A DNA stretch of 63,383 nucleotides, the filler included, from Nitrospinota bacterium (GTDB taxonomy: Bacteria > JAUXIQ01): assembly GCA_030620925.1 (NCBI GenBank). It is 12 parts of 12 records of this genome, joined end to end, with 100 filler letters (N's around TTAATTAATTAA, not from the genome) between each part and the next. Parts side by side here need not be neighbours in the genome. Positions count along the whole stretch, not along the records: positions 50,440 to 53,700 come from JAUXIQ010000341.1; positions 53,801 to 58,405 come from JAUXIQ010000214.1; positions 58,506 to 63,383 come from JAUXIQ010000195.1; 9 more parts are not named here. One strand, 5' to 3'. Positions 50,340-60,219 of this stretch are shown here, piece after piece. Position numbers and translations under genes: made by a program. Under the pieces are notes generated by a model. That model did no database searches. It worked only from the letters and a program-made list of their open reading frames with translations, and was not told the origin of the DNA. The number at the start of each line of letters is the position of its first letter. The first letter of the stretch is position 1.

Positions 50340-50439
50340 NNNNNNNNNNNNNNNNNNNNNNNNNNNNNNNNNNNNNNNNNNNNTTAATTAATTAANNNNN
50401 NNNNNNNNNNNNNNNNNNNNNNNNNNNNNNNNNNNNNNN

Positions 50440-50833
50440 AGAAGTAGCCGCGCTCTTGGAAGAAATGGATGTCGAGATAGGTAAAATCAACTACAGCGAA
50501 TATAAGGGTTTCCCTCCCGGCGTAGTAATAAAGCAGAACCCCCGGGCCGGATACCAGGTTTCAAAAGGGAATAAGGTGGAACTCTCCCTTTCGCGAGAAG
50601 TAAAGGGTTCCTCGGTCCATACCGGTTCCTTCGCCATGTTCCGCTACCGGCTACCTGATGAAGGAGGCCCCAGCAGAGTGAAGATAGTGGTGGAGAACGA
50701 ATCGGAGGTGAGCGAAGTGTTTAATGCTATCCGCGACCCTGGTACCGAAGTGGAGGTAATGGTGAAAGTGGATGGGGATACGGTCGCCAGGGTCTATCTG
50801 GACGGTGGATTGGTTTATGAGAAGAGGTTTTAA
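50440..50833 (+). CDS. PASTA-domain protein, 5'-truncated
   Basis: [25 protein letters not shown]; coupled to rpe. Confidence 0.75.
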
Positions 50834-51504
50834 TGCTAATGGGGAAAATGGATAACATAAAAATCGCTCCTTCGATCCTCTCCGCCGATTTCTGGAAGCT
50901 GGGCCAGGAAATTGCCGAGGTAGAGGACGCCGGTGCGGACATGCTGCACATCGACGTAATGGACGGCCATTTCGTGCCCAACATCACCATGGGGCCACCC
51001 ATAGTGAATTCTATTAAGAAAAAAGCTCGCATTCCTTTAGACGTGCATCTAATGATAGAGAACCCGGAGAAATACATCACCGATTTTGTGGACGCCGGCA
51101 GCGATATACTCACCGTTCATGTAGAGACCTGCTCCCACCTTGAGGGGGTTGTATCTTCCATCAAGCGGCTCGGAGTAAAAGGGGGAGTGGTCCTCAACCC
51201 TGCTACACCCCTGATTTTCCTGGATCATATTCTTGAGCAGGTGGATATGGTGCTGCTAATGTCCGTTAACCCGGGCTTCGGAGGCCAGCAGTTCCTCCCC
51301 TCGGTATTACCCAAGATAGAGAAACTTCGCGAAAAGATTGATAACGCGGGCCTGAATACGGATATTCAGGTGGACGGAGGCATAAATCCATCAAACTGCC
51401 GGTCGGTGGTCGAGGCAGGGGCCAACGTTCTCGTGGCCGGCTCATCCGTTTTTCATAGTACAAACTACAAAGAGACCATCGCCGAACTGAGGAGCAAAAA
51501 GTGA
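50833..51504 (+). CDS. rpe: Ribulose-phosphate 3-epimerase
   Basis: [41 protein letters not shown]. Confidence 0.96.
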   Translation: MLMGKMDNIKIAPSILSADFWKLGQEIAEVEDAGADMLHIDVMDGHFVPNITMGPPIVNSIKKKARIPLDVHLMIENPEKYITDFVDAGSDILTVHVETCSHLEGVVSSIKRLGVKGGVVLNPATPLIFLDHILEQVDMVLLMSVNPGFGGQQFLPSVLPKIEKLREKIDNAGLNTDIQVDGGINPSNCRSVVEAGANVLVAGSSVFHSTNYKETIAELRSKK

Positions 51505-51585
51505 AATTAAAGGCCTTGCCGGCACGCCTCACTGAGCTTCCTGTCACGAGGTTTCGGCAGCTCATCCTTCAAGGAGAAGAAAAGG

Positions 51586-52917
51586 TTGTTTGACAACTTA
51601 TCCAACCGGCTGGAAGTGGTATTTAAAAAGCTTCGCAGTCGCGGCAAACTCAATGAAGCCGATATAAAAGACGCCATGCGGGAAGTGCGCCTGGCCATGC
51701 TGGAGGCGGACGTAAATTTCAAGGTGGTTAAGGATTTCGTAGAAAGGGTAAGCCAGCGTGCGGTGGGGCAGGAAGTACTGGAAAGCCTTACCCCCGGACA
51801 GCAGGTAATAAAGATAGTCAGGGACGAGCTTGCCGAGCTGATGGGGGGAATACAGAGCAAAATTCAGTTCTCCAGGAATCCCCCCACCATCATCCTGATG
51901 ACGGGGCTTCAGGGTTCGGGAAAAACCACCACCTCCGCCAAACTGGCCGGAAAGCTTCGCGAAGAAGGGCACAGACCTATGCTCGTTCCTGCAGACCCCA
52001 GACGCCCTGCGGCAGTTGAACAACTGAGCATACTGGGCGGGGATCTGGGTATAGAAGTATATCAGTCGGGCAAAGAGAAAAACGCTGTGAAAATCTGTAC
52101 AAAGGCCAGGGACCAAGCCTCCCGCCAAAACCTCGATGTCCTGATCATAGATACCGCGGGCAGACTGCACGTAGATGAAGAATTGATGAAAGAGCTCCAA
52201 GCAATAAACGATAAGCTCAAGCCCCATGAAAACCTGCTGGTTGTGGACGCAATGACCGGACAGGACGCGGTAAATGTGGCGCAGCAGTTCAACCAAGCAA
52301 TCAGAGTGGACGGGGTCGTCCTTACAAAGATGGACGGCGATGCCCGGGGAGGTGCGGCCTTATCCATTAACGCCACCATCGGCAAACCCATAAAGTTTGT
52401 GGGCGTCGGAGAAAAGCTCGATCAGATAGAGCCTTTCCATCCTGACAGGATGGCCTCACGCATTCTAGGTATGGGAGACGTCTTAAGCTTAATAGAAAAA
52501 GCGGAAACGACTTACACTCAAGATAAGGCGCAGGAGCTGGAGCGGAAACTGGCGGAAGACAGCTTTACGCTGGAGGATTTTAAGGAACAACTGCTGGAAA
52601 TACAAAAGATGGGCCCCCTGGACCAGTTACTGGAAATGGTACCGGGATTCAATTCTCTCAAGGGAATGAATGTGGATGAAAGAGAGCTTAAAAAGGTCGA
52701 AGCCATCATAAACTCCATGACCCCCCGGGAACGCAGAGACCACTCAATAATCTCAGGGGGCCGAAGGAAGCGGATAGCAAAAGGCAGCGGCACTACAGTG
52801 CAAGACGTTAATAGATTGCTCAAACAGTTCATTCAATCCAGGAAAATGATGAGAGCAATGACCAAGGGAGGCAAAGGGAAATCGATGAGCATCGGAAAAG
52901 GCCTCTTCCCAATGTAA
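51586..52917 (+). CDS. ffh: Signal recognition particle protein
   Basis: GLQGSGKTT, DTAGR, TKMDGDARGG, RILGMGD, M domain. Confidence 0.97.
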   Translation: MFDNLSNRLEVVFKKLRSRGKLNEADIKDAMREVRLAMLEADVNFKVVKDFVERVSQRAVGQEVLESLTPGQQVIKIVRDELAELMGGIQSKIQFSRNPPTIILMTGLQGSGKTTTSAKLAGKLREEGHRPMLVPADPRRPAAVEQLSILGGDLGIEVYQSGKEKNAVKICTKARDQASRQNLDVLIIDTAGRLHVDEELMKELQAINDKLKPHENLLVVDAMTGQDAVNVAQQFNQAIRVDGVVLTKMDGDARGGAALSINATIGKPIKFVGVGEKLDQIEPFHPDRMASRILGMGDVLSLIEKAETTYTQDKAQELERKLAEDSFTLEDFKEQLLEIQKMGPLDQLLEMVPGFNSLKGMNVDERELKKVEAIINSMTPRERRDHSIISGGRRKRIAKGSGTTVQDVNRLLKQFIQSRKMMRAMTKGGKGKSMSIGKGLFPM

Positions 52918-53020
52918 ATTTAACCGGCTGAATATGAAGAAATTACTTGTAAAACCGATGATCGAGCATCCAGCTGAAGAGAAAAAAATAGATCAAATTG
53001 ACACCTGAGGGAGGTGAACG

Positions 53021-53302
53021 TTGGCGGTAAAAATCAGACTGAAGAGAATGGGCGCAAAAAAGAAACCTTTCTACCGAATCGTGGTGATCGATTCAAGAAC
53101 GCGCAGGGACGGCAAGGAAATTGAAAGTATAGGATATTACAATCCCATGACGGACCCTGTGGAAGTGAAAATCGACCAAGAAAAAGCGACGGAATGGATG
53201 AGCAAAGGCGCCCAGTGCTCTGAGACAGTCAAAGTGCTTTTCGATAAATCCGGAATTAAACAGGCCCCTTTAGAGGCAACGTGTTCGGGAGAAGAAGAAT
53301 AG
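53021..53302 (+). CDS. rpsP: 30S ribosomal protein S16
   Basis: [39 protein letters not shown] start. Confidence 0.96.
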   Translation: MAVKIRLKRMGAKKKPFYRIVVIDSRTRRDGKEIESIGYYNPMTDPVEVKIDQEKATEWMSKGAQCSETVKVLFDKSGIKQAPLEATCSGEEE

Positions 53303-53426
53303 CCGATGGAAGGAAAACCTGAAGATTACACATCTGGATATGCTTGTAGAAGCTGTGAGAACCCATCACCAAAGATAATGCCCCTGTCGCAACTTCTCCA
53401 AAGAAATTACTGTGGAGGTAGGGCTG

Positions 53427-53657
53427 ATGAAGGAGTTGATAACCTATATAGCAAAGTCTCTTGTAGACAAACCGGAAGAAGTGGAGGTCATGGAATTTGA
53501 AGGCGAAAAGACAACTGTTATCGAACTGAGGGTATCCCCTGAAGACCTTGGAAAAGTCATAGGTAAACAGGGTCGGACGGCCAGGGCCATGAGGACTATT
53601 CTCAACGCCTCCGCCACCAAGATTAAAAAGAGGGCCGTGCTGGAAATACTTGAATAA
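53427..53657 (+). CDS. khpA: KH-domain RNA-binding protein
   Basis: [25 protein letters not shown]; conserved position after rpsP. Confidence 0.9.
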   Translation: MKELITYIAKSLVDKPEEVEVMEFEGEKTTVIELRVSPEDLGKVIGKQGRTARAMRTILNASATKIKKRAVLEILE

Positions 53658-53800
53658 CGTGAGAGAGACTTAGCCTGAAGATGGCTGAAAAACTAGTGGC
53701 NNNNNNNNNNNNNNNNNNNNNNNNNNNNNNNNNNNNNNNNNNNNTTAATTAATTAANNNNNNNNNNNNNNNNNNNNNNNNNNNNNNNNNNNNNNNNNNNN

Positions 53801-54018
53801 CCCAGAGCGGTGCAGGCGGTCATCAGCTTTTCGGCGTTCTCCTCCGTGATGGCCAGTTTCCCGGCGACGGCGGCAACTGTGTCCGCTCCCTGGGATACGT
53901 TGGTGAAAAGGTCGAGCTCGATGCCCGCCCACAGGGTCGTGGCCTGTTTGAAGGCGTTGCCCATCTCCTGCAGCCGTCTGGTGCCCTTTATCTTCTTGCC
54001 TTTCTCGCCGGCGCTCAT
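53801..54018 (-). CDS. O-methyltransferase dimerisation domain, N-terminal fragment
   Basis: AGIELDLFT...AGKLAI..ENAEKLMTACTAL, like the N-terminus of 21941-22945. Confidence 0.65.
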
Positions 54019-54033
54019 GGGTTCTTTTCTCCT

Positions 54034-55920
54034 TTATGTGTCAATACCCAATTCGTTAAGCTTCTGAGGTCCGGGATTGCCTGTATCGGCCTCCCAACCT
54101 CGTTCCTCATAATATTCGTTGAGAAGTTGTTCCACCATCTCGGGGTCGGCGGCCGGAATCTCCCCTTTTCTCAGCGTTACGGATTCCTTCATGAGGCGTT
54201 CAGGGAAAAAGTCGTCGGTTTTGGTCTTCCCTTCCCGCATGTTGAAGGCCCTGGAGAGGTTCCAGGCGCGCTCGCCGGCCTGCCGTATCTCCTCAGGGTT
54301 CATTTCCAGGCCCGTGGCCGTTGAATAGAGACGGGCGAACAGATCGAGGTTGTAGTGCTGGGAGATGGGTGTCCTGTGGCAGAGGCCCAGTGAGAAGAGG
54401 ATAGTGTTATAATCCTCAACCCAGCGCGTGAGCCGGGCAACGTTGAAATTTTCGGGCCCCGTGCAGACGGCCTCTACCCTGTCCTCGGGCACTCCTATGG
54501 ACCGGCAGTACTTGACGTAGGACTCCTTTTTACGTCCGGGCATGAAGCTGATGGACGGCGAACGGTCCAAATGAGCGCCGCGGGGGTTGGTGGCCTGGCC
54601 GAAGTTCTCCGTGCTCAGGCGTCCCCTGAGCCCCAGGCCAAGGTCCATACCTTTTATATGAACGGCATAGTAGTCCGCTCCCTTTCCTATCTCCTCAGCG
54701 GCTCTCACCACACCTTCCCCCAGGAGCCTGCCGAAGCCGTCCCGTTGCGCTATTCTGTCCAACAGTGTTCGCACGGTCTCCGTGCCCCAGTCCAGCTCCA
54801 GACCGCCGGTGTCTTCATCGGTGAGTATACCTTTCTGATAAAGCTCGATGGCGAAACCGATGGTAGCGGTGAGTGAGTCCAGGTCCATGCCGTAACGGTT
54901 GGATAGTTCGGCGCACTTCATGACTTCATCGAAGCCCTCCACGGCTACCAGACCCCCGAAAGCCCCCACCGCCACAGCGGGAGTGGACAGGCGGAACCGC
55001 AGGCCCTCATATTTTCCGTCCTGCATTTCCACCCTTCCTTTGCAGCCCAGCGAGCAGCCGGGGCAGGAGGTGGAGCCCTTGCGCACGCGGCTAAGGTATT
55101 CCTTGATGGGGAAGCGCTCCATTATGTCTTCGGCGCTCTCGGTATTGTTTTTCCCCAACATATAGCCCATGGAGGTATATGGCTCAAAAGCCATGAAGAA
55201 ACCCACCGTGCGCCACTCTTTGAGCAGGGGAAATGCCGCTACCTTGTCCAGCAATTCTTTGGTCAGGTTCATAAACCCCGGCCCGTCGGCCACCTCAATT
55301 CCCCTGGTCCCCCGGGCGGCGATGGCCTTGAGGTTTTTGGAGCCCATGACCGCACCCAGGCCGGTGCGGGAAAACGCGGAGTGCTTGTTGTTGAGGATGA
55401 GGGCATAGCGCACCAGGCTTTCCCCGGCGACCCCGATGGCGCTTATCCAGAAGTTGTCGCCCAGCTCATCCCACAGGGCGTCTGTGGTCTCGAAGGTGTC
55501 TTTACCCCATAGATGGTCAGCGTCGCATATCTCGACCCGGTCATCATCTATCTTTAAGTAGACCGGCTTATCCGCCTTTCCGGTCACCACCAGATGGTCG
55601 TAGCCGGCGTATTTGAGCATAATTCCGGGCGTGTTGCCGCCGTTTGATATTCCTATTACTCCGGTGAGGGGTGATTTAGCCGTGACCTCCACCCGCGCCG
55701 AGCCTGGAATCAGGGTTCCCACCAGCGGGCCGGCGCCCATGATGAGGGCGTTGTCGGGCGAGAGAGGGTCTATACCCGCCTTTATGTGCCGGTAAGCCAG
55801 GAGCGCATTGACCCCCGTGCCTCCTATGAACTTCCTGGCAACGGCTTCTTCTAATGGCTCCCTCTTGATTGAACCGTCGGTGAGGTTTACAAAGAGGATG
55901 TTACCTGCGTATCCTTTCAT
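54034..55920 (-). CDS. Tungsten-type aldehyde:ferredoxin oxidoreductase family protein
   Basis: GYAGNIL.VNL, KSPLTG, RTGLGAVMGSKNLKAI, CPGCSLGC, YGMD, SLGLC, EYYEERGW. Confidence 0.92.
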   Translation of the reverse strand: MKGYAGNILFVNLTDGSIKREPLEEAVARKFIGGTGVNALLAYRHIKAGIDPLSPDNALIMGAGPLVGTLIPGSARVEVTAKSPLTGVIGISNGGNTPGIMLKYAGYDHLVVTGKADKPVYLKIDDDRVEICDADHLWGKDTFETTDALWDELGDNFWISAIGVAGESLVRYALILNNKHSAFSRTGLGAVMGSKNLKAIAARGTRGIEVADGPGFMNLTKELLDKVAAFPLLKEWRTVGFFMAFEPYTSMGYMLGKNNTESAEDIMERFPIKEYLSRVRKGSTSCPGCSLGCKGRVEMQDGKYEGLRFRLSTPAVAVGAFGGLVAVEGFDEVMKCAELSNRYGMDLDSLTATIGFAIELYQKGILTDEDTGGLELDWGTETVRTLLDRIAQRDGFGRLLGEGVVRAAEEIGKGADYYAVHIKGMDLGLGLRGRLSTENFGQATNPRGAHLDRSPSISFMPGRKKESYVKYCRSIGVPEDRVEAVCTGPENFNVARLTRWVEDYNTILFSLGLCHRTPISQHYNLDLFARLYSTATGLEMNPEEIRQAGERAWNLSRAFNMREGKTKTDDFFPERLMKESVTLRKGEIPAADPEMVEQLLNEYYEERGWEADTGNPGPQKLNELGIDT

Positions 55921-55923
55921 CGC

Positions 55924-56166
55924 TCACTCCTCCTCGCCGGTCGGCTGCAGAGCGCCGTACGTGCAGTACTCGACGCACAGGCCGCACTCCGTGCACTCCT
56001 CGGTGAACTCGATCCTGTAATCATCCCGCAGGTTGATCCGGATGTAGGCGCACAGCGGGTTGAAGCGCCCTGTGTGCGTGTAAGAGCAGATGAGCTGACA
56101 GCTCAGACAGCCTGCGCACTTCTCCGGGTCTGTTACTATGCTTTGGGGAACCATCGTTTCGGCCAT
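55924..56166 (-). CDS. [4Fe-4S] ferredoxin-like partner of the AOR
   Basis: CAGCLSCQLIC and CTECGLCVEYC motifs. Confidence 0.85.
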   Translation of the reverse strand: MAETMVPQSIVTDPEKCAGCLSCQLICSYTHTGRFNPLCAYIRINLRDDYRIEFTEECTECGLCVEYCTYGALQPTGEEE

Positions 56167-56322
56167 GGGTAGGGTCCTCCAGGGCAGGTGTAAGAGATGC
56201 GACCGGTCGAGAGTCGTTATTGTCCATCGTAATCCCGCTTCTTCGGGTCTGCCCCTCATTTATCATAACCGACACTAGGATGTCAACAAATGTAGGGAAT
56301 AATGAATTAACATGGAAATTTT

Positions 56323-56379
56323 ACCACCAAGGCGCAAAGGTTGAAGCAATTGATCCCGATGTCTTTGTGCCTTTGTGGT
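56323..56379. repeat. 17-bp imperfect inverted repeat; a third half-copy near 56643-56659
   Basis: ACCACCAAGGCGCAAAG ... CTTTGTGCCTTTGTGGT (15/17 complementary). Confidence 0.65.
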
Positions 56380-56565
56380 TGAATTAAATTCTACACCTCA
56401 CCCTCCCTTAGTCCCTACACCGGAACGCACCGCGTGTGGTTGGGTCAAGTGAGGGAAACTCTAGTATCCTGTGAAATTCTGAGTCGTTAATAGGAGCACT
56501 ACGCGGCTGGCGGGGGTAAGGGAGGAGAACCTATTACGTTCGACTGCACATCGGAAAAAGCCAAT

Positions 56566-56588
56566 GTAGGAGCGCCTTCCAGGCGCGA
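56566..56588 (+). repeat. GTAG-type REP-like palindrome
   Basis: GTAGGAGCGCCTTCCAGGCGCGA; inverted GTGG variant at 57762-57785. Confidence 0.75.
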
Positions 56589-56705
56589 CCAATGAGTGGA
56601 TAATTCACTATAAAGGTGCGAAGGCTGGAAGATGTTATAACTGGTGCCTTTGTGGTAAACTTGTTTCTGAACCCGCACTGGCATGAGATTAACGGCCATG
56701 CTCGT

Positions 56706-57530
56706 TCAGTTTCCGAGGCGAATTTTTCGGAATTCGGCTATTAACTTGCGCTGTGTTCGCGCTATCAGGGCGGGGTGGAACCAATACAGCTTCCGTACAA
56801 TGCCGGCGTCTCTGCCGACGGTAATAATGGCCTTGTTGTGGGCGACGCCGTGCAGGATGATGCGCGCACCTTTATCCGGGTCCATCATTTTGATTTGCTC
56901 CAGGAGGGAGTCCATATCCTCACGCTCGATATTGATGTAGTTAATCGCATCAACTATGCCTGTCCGGATGAACCCCGGGCATATCACGCTCACCTTGACT
57001 CCCAGCCCGACCGCCTCGGCCCTCAGCGAAGTGGAAAGGCCCACCACGGCGTACTTGGTGGTGGAATATGCCGTTAATCCCGGAGAGGGTATCAGACCGG
57101 CCATTGAAGCGGTGTTGACGATATGGCCGAAACCCTGCTCGATCATGACCTGGTAGGCGGCTGTCGTGCCATAGATGACGCCCCACAGGTTGACGTCGAT
57201 GATGCGCCGCCAGTGATCGAGGTCCATATCGCGCACCTCGCCCACTATCCCTATGCCTGCGTTGTTGAACATATAATCGATGCGCCCGTGCGTGGAGGCC
57301 GTTTCTTCCACGAGTTTTCGCACGTCTTCTTCCCGGGCGACGTCGATGTGTGTCGCTTCCGCCTTGCCTCCGTTTTCGACGATGGCCGAAGCGACCTTTT
57401 GAGCCGCCTCCATGTTGATGTCCGCTGCGATTACCAGGGCTCCTCTCCGGGCTATCTCCTCGCAAACCGCCCGCCCGATGCCGGAGCCTCCACCGGTAAC
57501 AACGGCGACTTTATTATTGAACAGTTTCAT
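56706..57530 (-). CDS. Short-chain dehydrogenase/reductase
   Basis: TGGGSGIG, NNAG, YSTTK catalytic motif. Confidence 0.93.
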   Translation of the reverse strand: MKLFNNKVAVVTGGGSGIGRAVCEEIARRGALVIAADINMEAAQKVASAIVENGGKAEATHIDVAREEDVRKLVEETASTHGRIDYMFNNAGIGIVGEVRDMDLDHWRRIIDVNLWGVIYGTTAAYQVMIEQGFGHIVNTASMAGLIPSPGLTAYSTTKYAVVGLSTSLRAEAVGLGVKVSVICPGFIRTGIVDAINYINIEREDMDSLLEQIKMMDPDKGARIILHGVAHNKAIITVGRDAGIVRKLYWFHPALIARTQRKLIAEFRKIRLGN

Positions 57531-57574
57531 AGTTCCCCCACTGCTTTTGGCATACCAAACATTAACCCTTTACT

Positions 57575-58190
57575 GTATGAGCGGCATCTTGCCGCGATTA
57601 GTTAAATAAATTCACCCTCACATCGATCCTTCCCCCTTCAAGGGGGAGAAGAATAAAAGCTTCTATCCGGCCGCGCCTACGACTCTCAACGTTCCCTATA
57701 ACGTCCCGTAGGGGCGGGTTTATAACCCGCCCAACTGGGGCGTATGCAATACGCCCCTACAATCGCGCCTGGAAGGCGCTCCCACCTGGTTCTTGTAGGA
57801 GCGGCATCTTGCCGCGATTCTACCAGCAATAAGTTTCCCCTCCCCTGGTGGGAGGGGATAAAAGGGAGGGGGGTTAACAAAAAGTCTCAAAGAAAACGTG
57901 TTTGCACGGGTAGGCGAGATTCTTCACTCCGTCCCGCGTACCGCGGGCCTACGTTCAGAATGACAAGATGCAGTGTCGTAGGGGCGGGTTTATAACCCGC
58001 CCTAGTGGCGCTTGCGGGTCTGTCCCTACACGTCCCCCACTCAAACGCGGGCCTGCCCTCTGAAGAAAAAAACGTGTTGCGTAGAGACCATTCATGAATT
58101 GTCTCTCCAGATGTTTATTTATGCGTTTTTCTCTTATCGCGCCTGTCCCGCGTTCCGCGGGACTACGTTGGTGGGTAGGAGCGGCATCCC
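57575..58190. repeat. Cluster of REP-like palindromes from several families
   Basis: GTAGGGGCGGGTTTATAACCCGCCC x2 (57708, 57978); GTA[G/T]GAGCGGCATCTTGCCGCGAT x2 (57575, 57795) plus partial 58175; inverted GTAGGGGCGTATTGCATACGCCC (57738-57760); GTAGAGACCATTCATGAATTGTCTCT (58081); CCCCTCCC..GGGAGGGG-type hairpins (57613, 57836). Confidence 0.8.
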
Positions 58191-58224
58191 GAGAAAGAAG
58201 GTTATCGGAGGGTATGTCCGGTTA

Positions 58225-58405
<181 letters not shown>

Positions 58406-58505
58406 NNNNNNNNNNNNNNNNNNNNNNNNNNNNNNNNNNNNNNNNNNNNTTAATTAATTAANNNNNNNNNNNNNNNNNNNNNNNNNNNNNNNNNNNNNNN
58501 NNNNN

Positions 58506-59775
58506 CGATAACCATCTCGTGGATGATGTCCGTGGCGTGAGCGCCTATTATATGAGCTCCCAGGAGGCGGTCGGTCTCTTCGTCGGCGACCAGCTTCACC
58601 ATGCCCGCTATTTCGCCCAGCACCTGCGCTTTCCCCAACGCCCGGTAGGGGAAACGCCCGAGTCTGACCTTGTAGTCGCGCTCGACAGCCTCCTGCTCGG
58701 ATAGACCCACGCTGGCGATTTCCGGATCGGTGAATACGGCCCCGGGCACGGCGTTGTAATCCATCATCCGGTCGATGCCCGCGGCGTTATCGGCGGCCAC
58801 GATTCCCTCGGTGGAGGCGGCGTGAGCCAGCATGTACCCGCCGATGACGTCTCCGATGGCGTAAATACCGGGGACGTTGGTCTGCATCTTCTCGTTGACC
58901 ACTATATGACCCCGCGGCCCCTGCTCGACGCCCAGTTCCTCCAGACCCAGGTCTTCCACGTTGAAGGCCCGGCCCACGGAGACCAGTATCTTATCCACGG
59001 TGATATCGCCGCCTTTATCCAGGACGGCGGTCACCCTCCCGCCCTGTTCCTGGCGGACGGAGGTGACGCTGTCTTCCACGATGAGCTTGATCTTTTTCTT
59101 CTTGAGCTCCCTGGCCATGAGTGCGGAAATTTCCTCGTCCTCCAGGGGGACGCAGCGGGGGAGAAGCTCAACCATGGTGATGGCGCTGCCCAGGGATTTG
59201 TAGAGGCAGGCCATCTCGCAGCCGATGACGCCGGCCCCCACGATGAGCATCTCGCCGGGGACCTCCTTAAGCTCCAGCGCGTCGTCGCTGGACAGCACGC
59301 TGCTGCCGTCCAGCGGCAGGGAGGGCAGTTGAGCGGGCCTGGAACCGGTGGCGATGATTACTTTTTCGACTTCTATGGTCTGCTCGGCGCCTGATGAGTC
59401 TTTGACGGAGAGGAGCCCGCTTCCGGCCAGCTTCCCCTGGCCTTCGTAAACGTCCACTTTGTTGCTCTTGAGGAGAGCCCCTACGCCTTTTACCAGCCCC
59501 TCAACCACTTTCTGCTTGCGGGCCATGAGTTTTTCCATCTCGGCCCTGACCTCTCCCTCCACGGTTACGCCGAACTCTTCGGCCCGTCTGATGAGCTCGA
59601 GGACGTAGACGGAGTGTATGAGGGTCTTGGTGGGGATGCAGCCCCTGTTAAGGCATACCCCGCCCAGCTTCTCCTTTTCCACCAGGCAGGTCTTGAGGCC
59701 CCGCTGGGAAGCCCTTATGGCTGCCACGTAACCCCCCGGGCCGCCGCCTATAATCGCCAACTGATAATCGCTCAT
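58506..59775 (-). CDS. lpdA: Dihydrolipoyl dehydrogenase, 3'-truncated
   Basis: GGGPGGYVAA, GGVCLNRGCIPTK redox disulfide, GAGVIG, LAHAAS. Confidence 0.93.
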
Positions 59776-59890
59776 ATCATCTCATCATTAAGGAAAATGG
59801 TTTATTGAATGTAAAGTTAATTCCTAAAAGGTCGACTATCAAGGAATGAATAACTTAATTTGACGACCACAGTATTTAATTCTTACGCAA

Positions 59891-59919
59891 ATTCTATTTT
59901 CCATGTAGTGCCTTGTCAA
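59891..59919 (-). promoter_or_regulatory. Sigma70 promoter for lpdA
   Basis: Minus strand TTGACA (59919-59914), 17 nt, TAGAAT (59896-59891). Confidence 0.6.
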
Positions 59920-59948
59920 GTTTTTTAAAAATTTTTTAAAATTCGCGC

Positions 59949-59977
59949 TTGACATGTTATTATCGACAAACTATTAT
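59949..59977 (+). promoter_or_regulatory. Sigma70 promoter for the leu leader and leuA
   Basis: TTGACA, 17 nt, TATTAT. Confidence 0.65.
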
Positions 59978-60090
59978 TTGCAATCACTTGGTAATCAAAA
60001 CAGATTCACTAGCCGGATAAACGGCTATCATTCCTGGCAATTTACGCTAAGGTTTGAACCTGTCGTCAATATTAAAGGTAGTTAAAGAAA

Positions 60091-60192
60091 ATGTTTTACG
60101 GTGTTACTCAGATAATCGGCGGGCTTATCAGCCTGGTCCTTTTAGGGCTGCTCCTATTAGTGCGGGAGCCCGTTGCATTGAGTAGCGCCTGA
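60091..60192 (+). CDS. Leucine-rich attenuator leader peptide (33 aa)
   Basis: MFYGVTQIIGGLISLVLLGLLLLVREPVALSSA*; 9 Leu including the run CTG CTC CTA TTA; directly upstream of leuA. Confidence 0.8.
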   Translation: MFYGVTQIIGGLISLVLLGLLLLVREPVALSSA

Positions 60193-60219
60193 AGATAAAT
60201 TAAATAACCGGAATACTCG

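Noticed and set aside
53300-53500. TAG read-through or separate 64-aa ORF after rpsP
   Set aside because: S16 is already complete; the downstream frame overlaps khpA out of frame and has no recognisable similarity; no pyrrolysine machinery is seen
53681-53700. Start of rimM
   Set aside because: The position after khpA fits, but only six codons are visible, which is too little to call
57575-58190. CRISPR array or integron attC array
   Set aside because: Repeats are heterogeneous, in both orientations and irregularly spaced; there are no constant repeat-spacer units, cas genes or integrase
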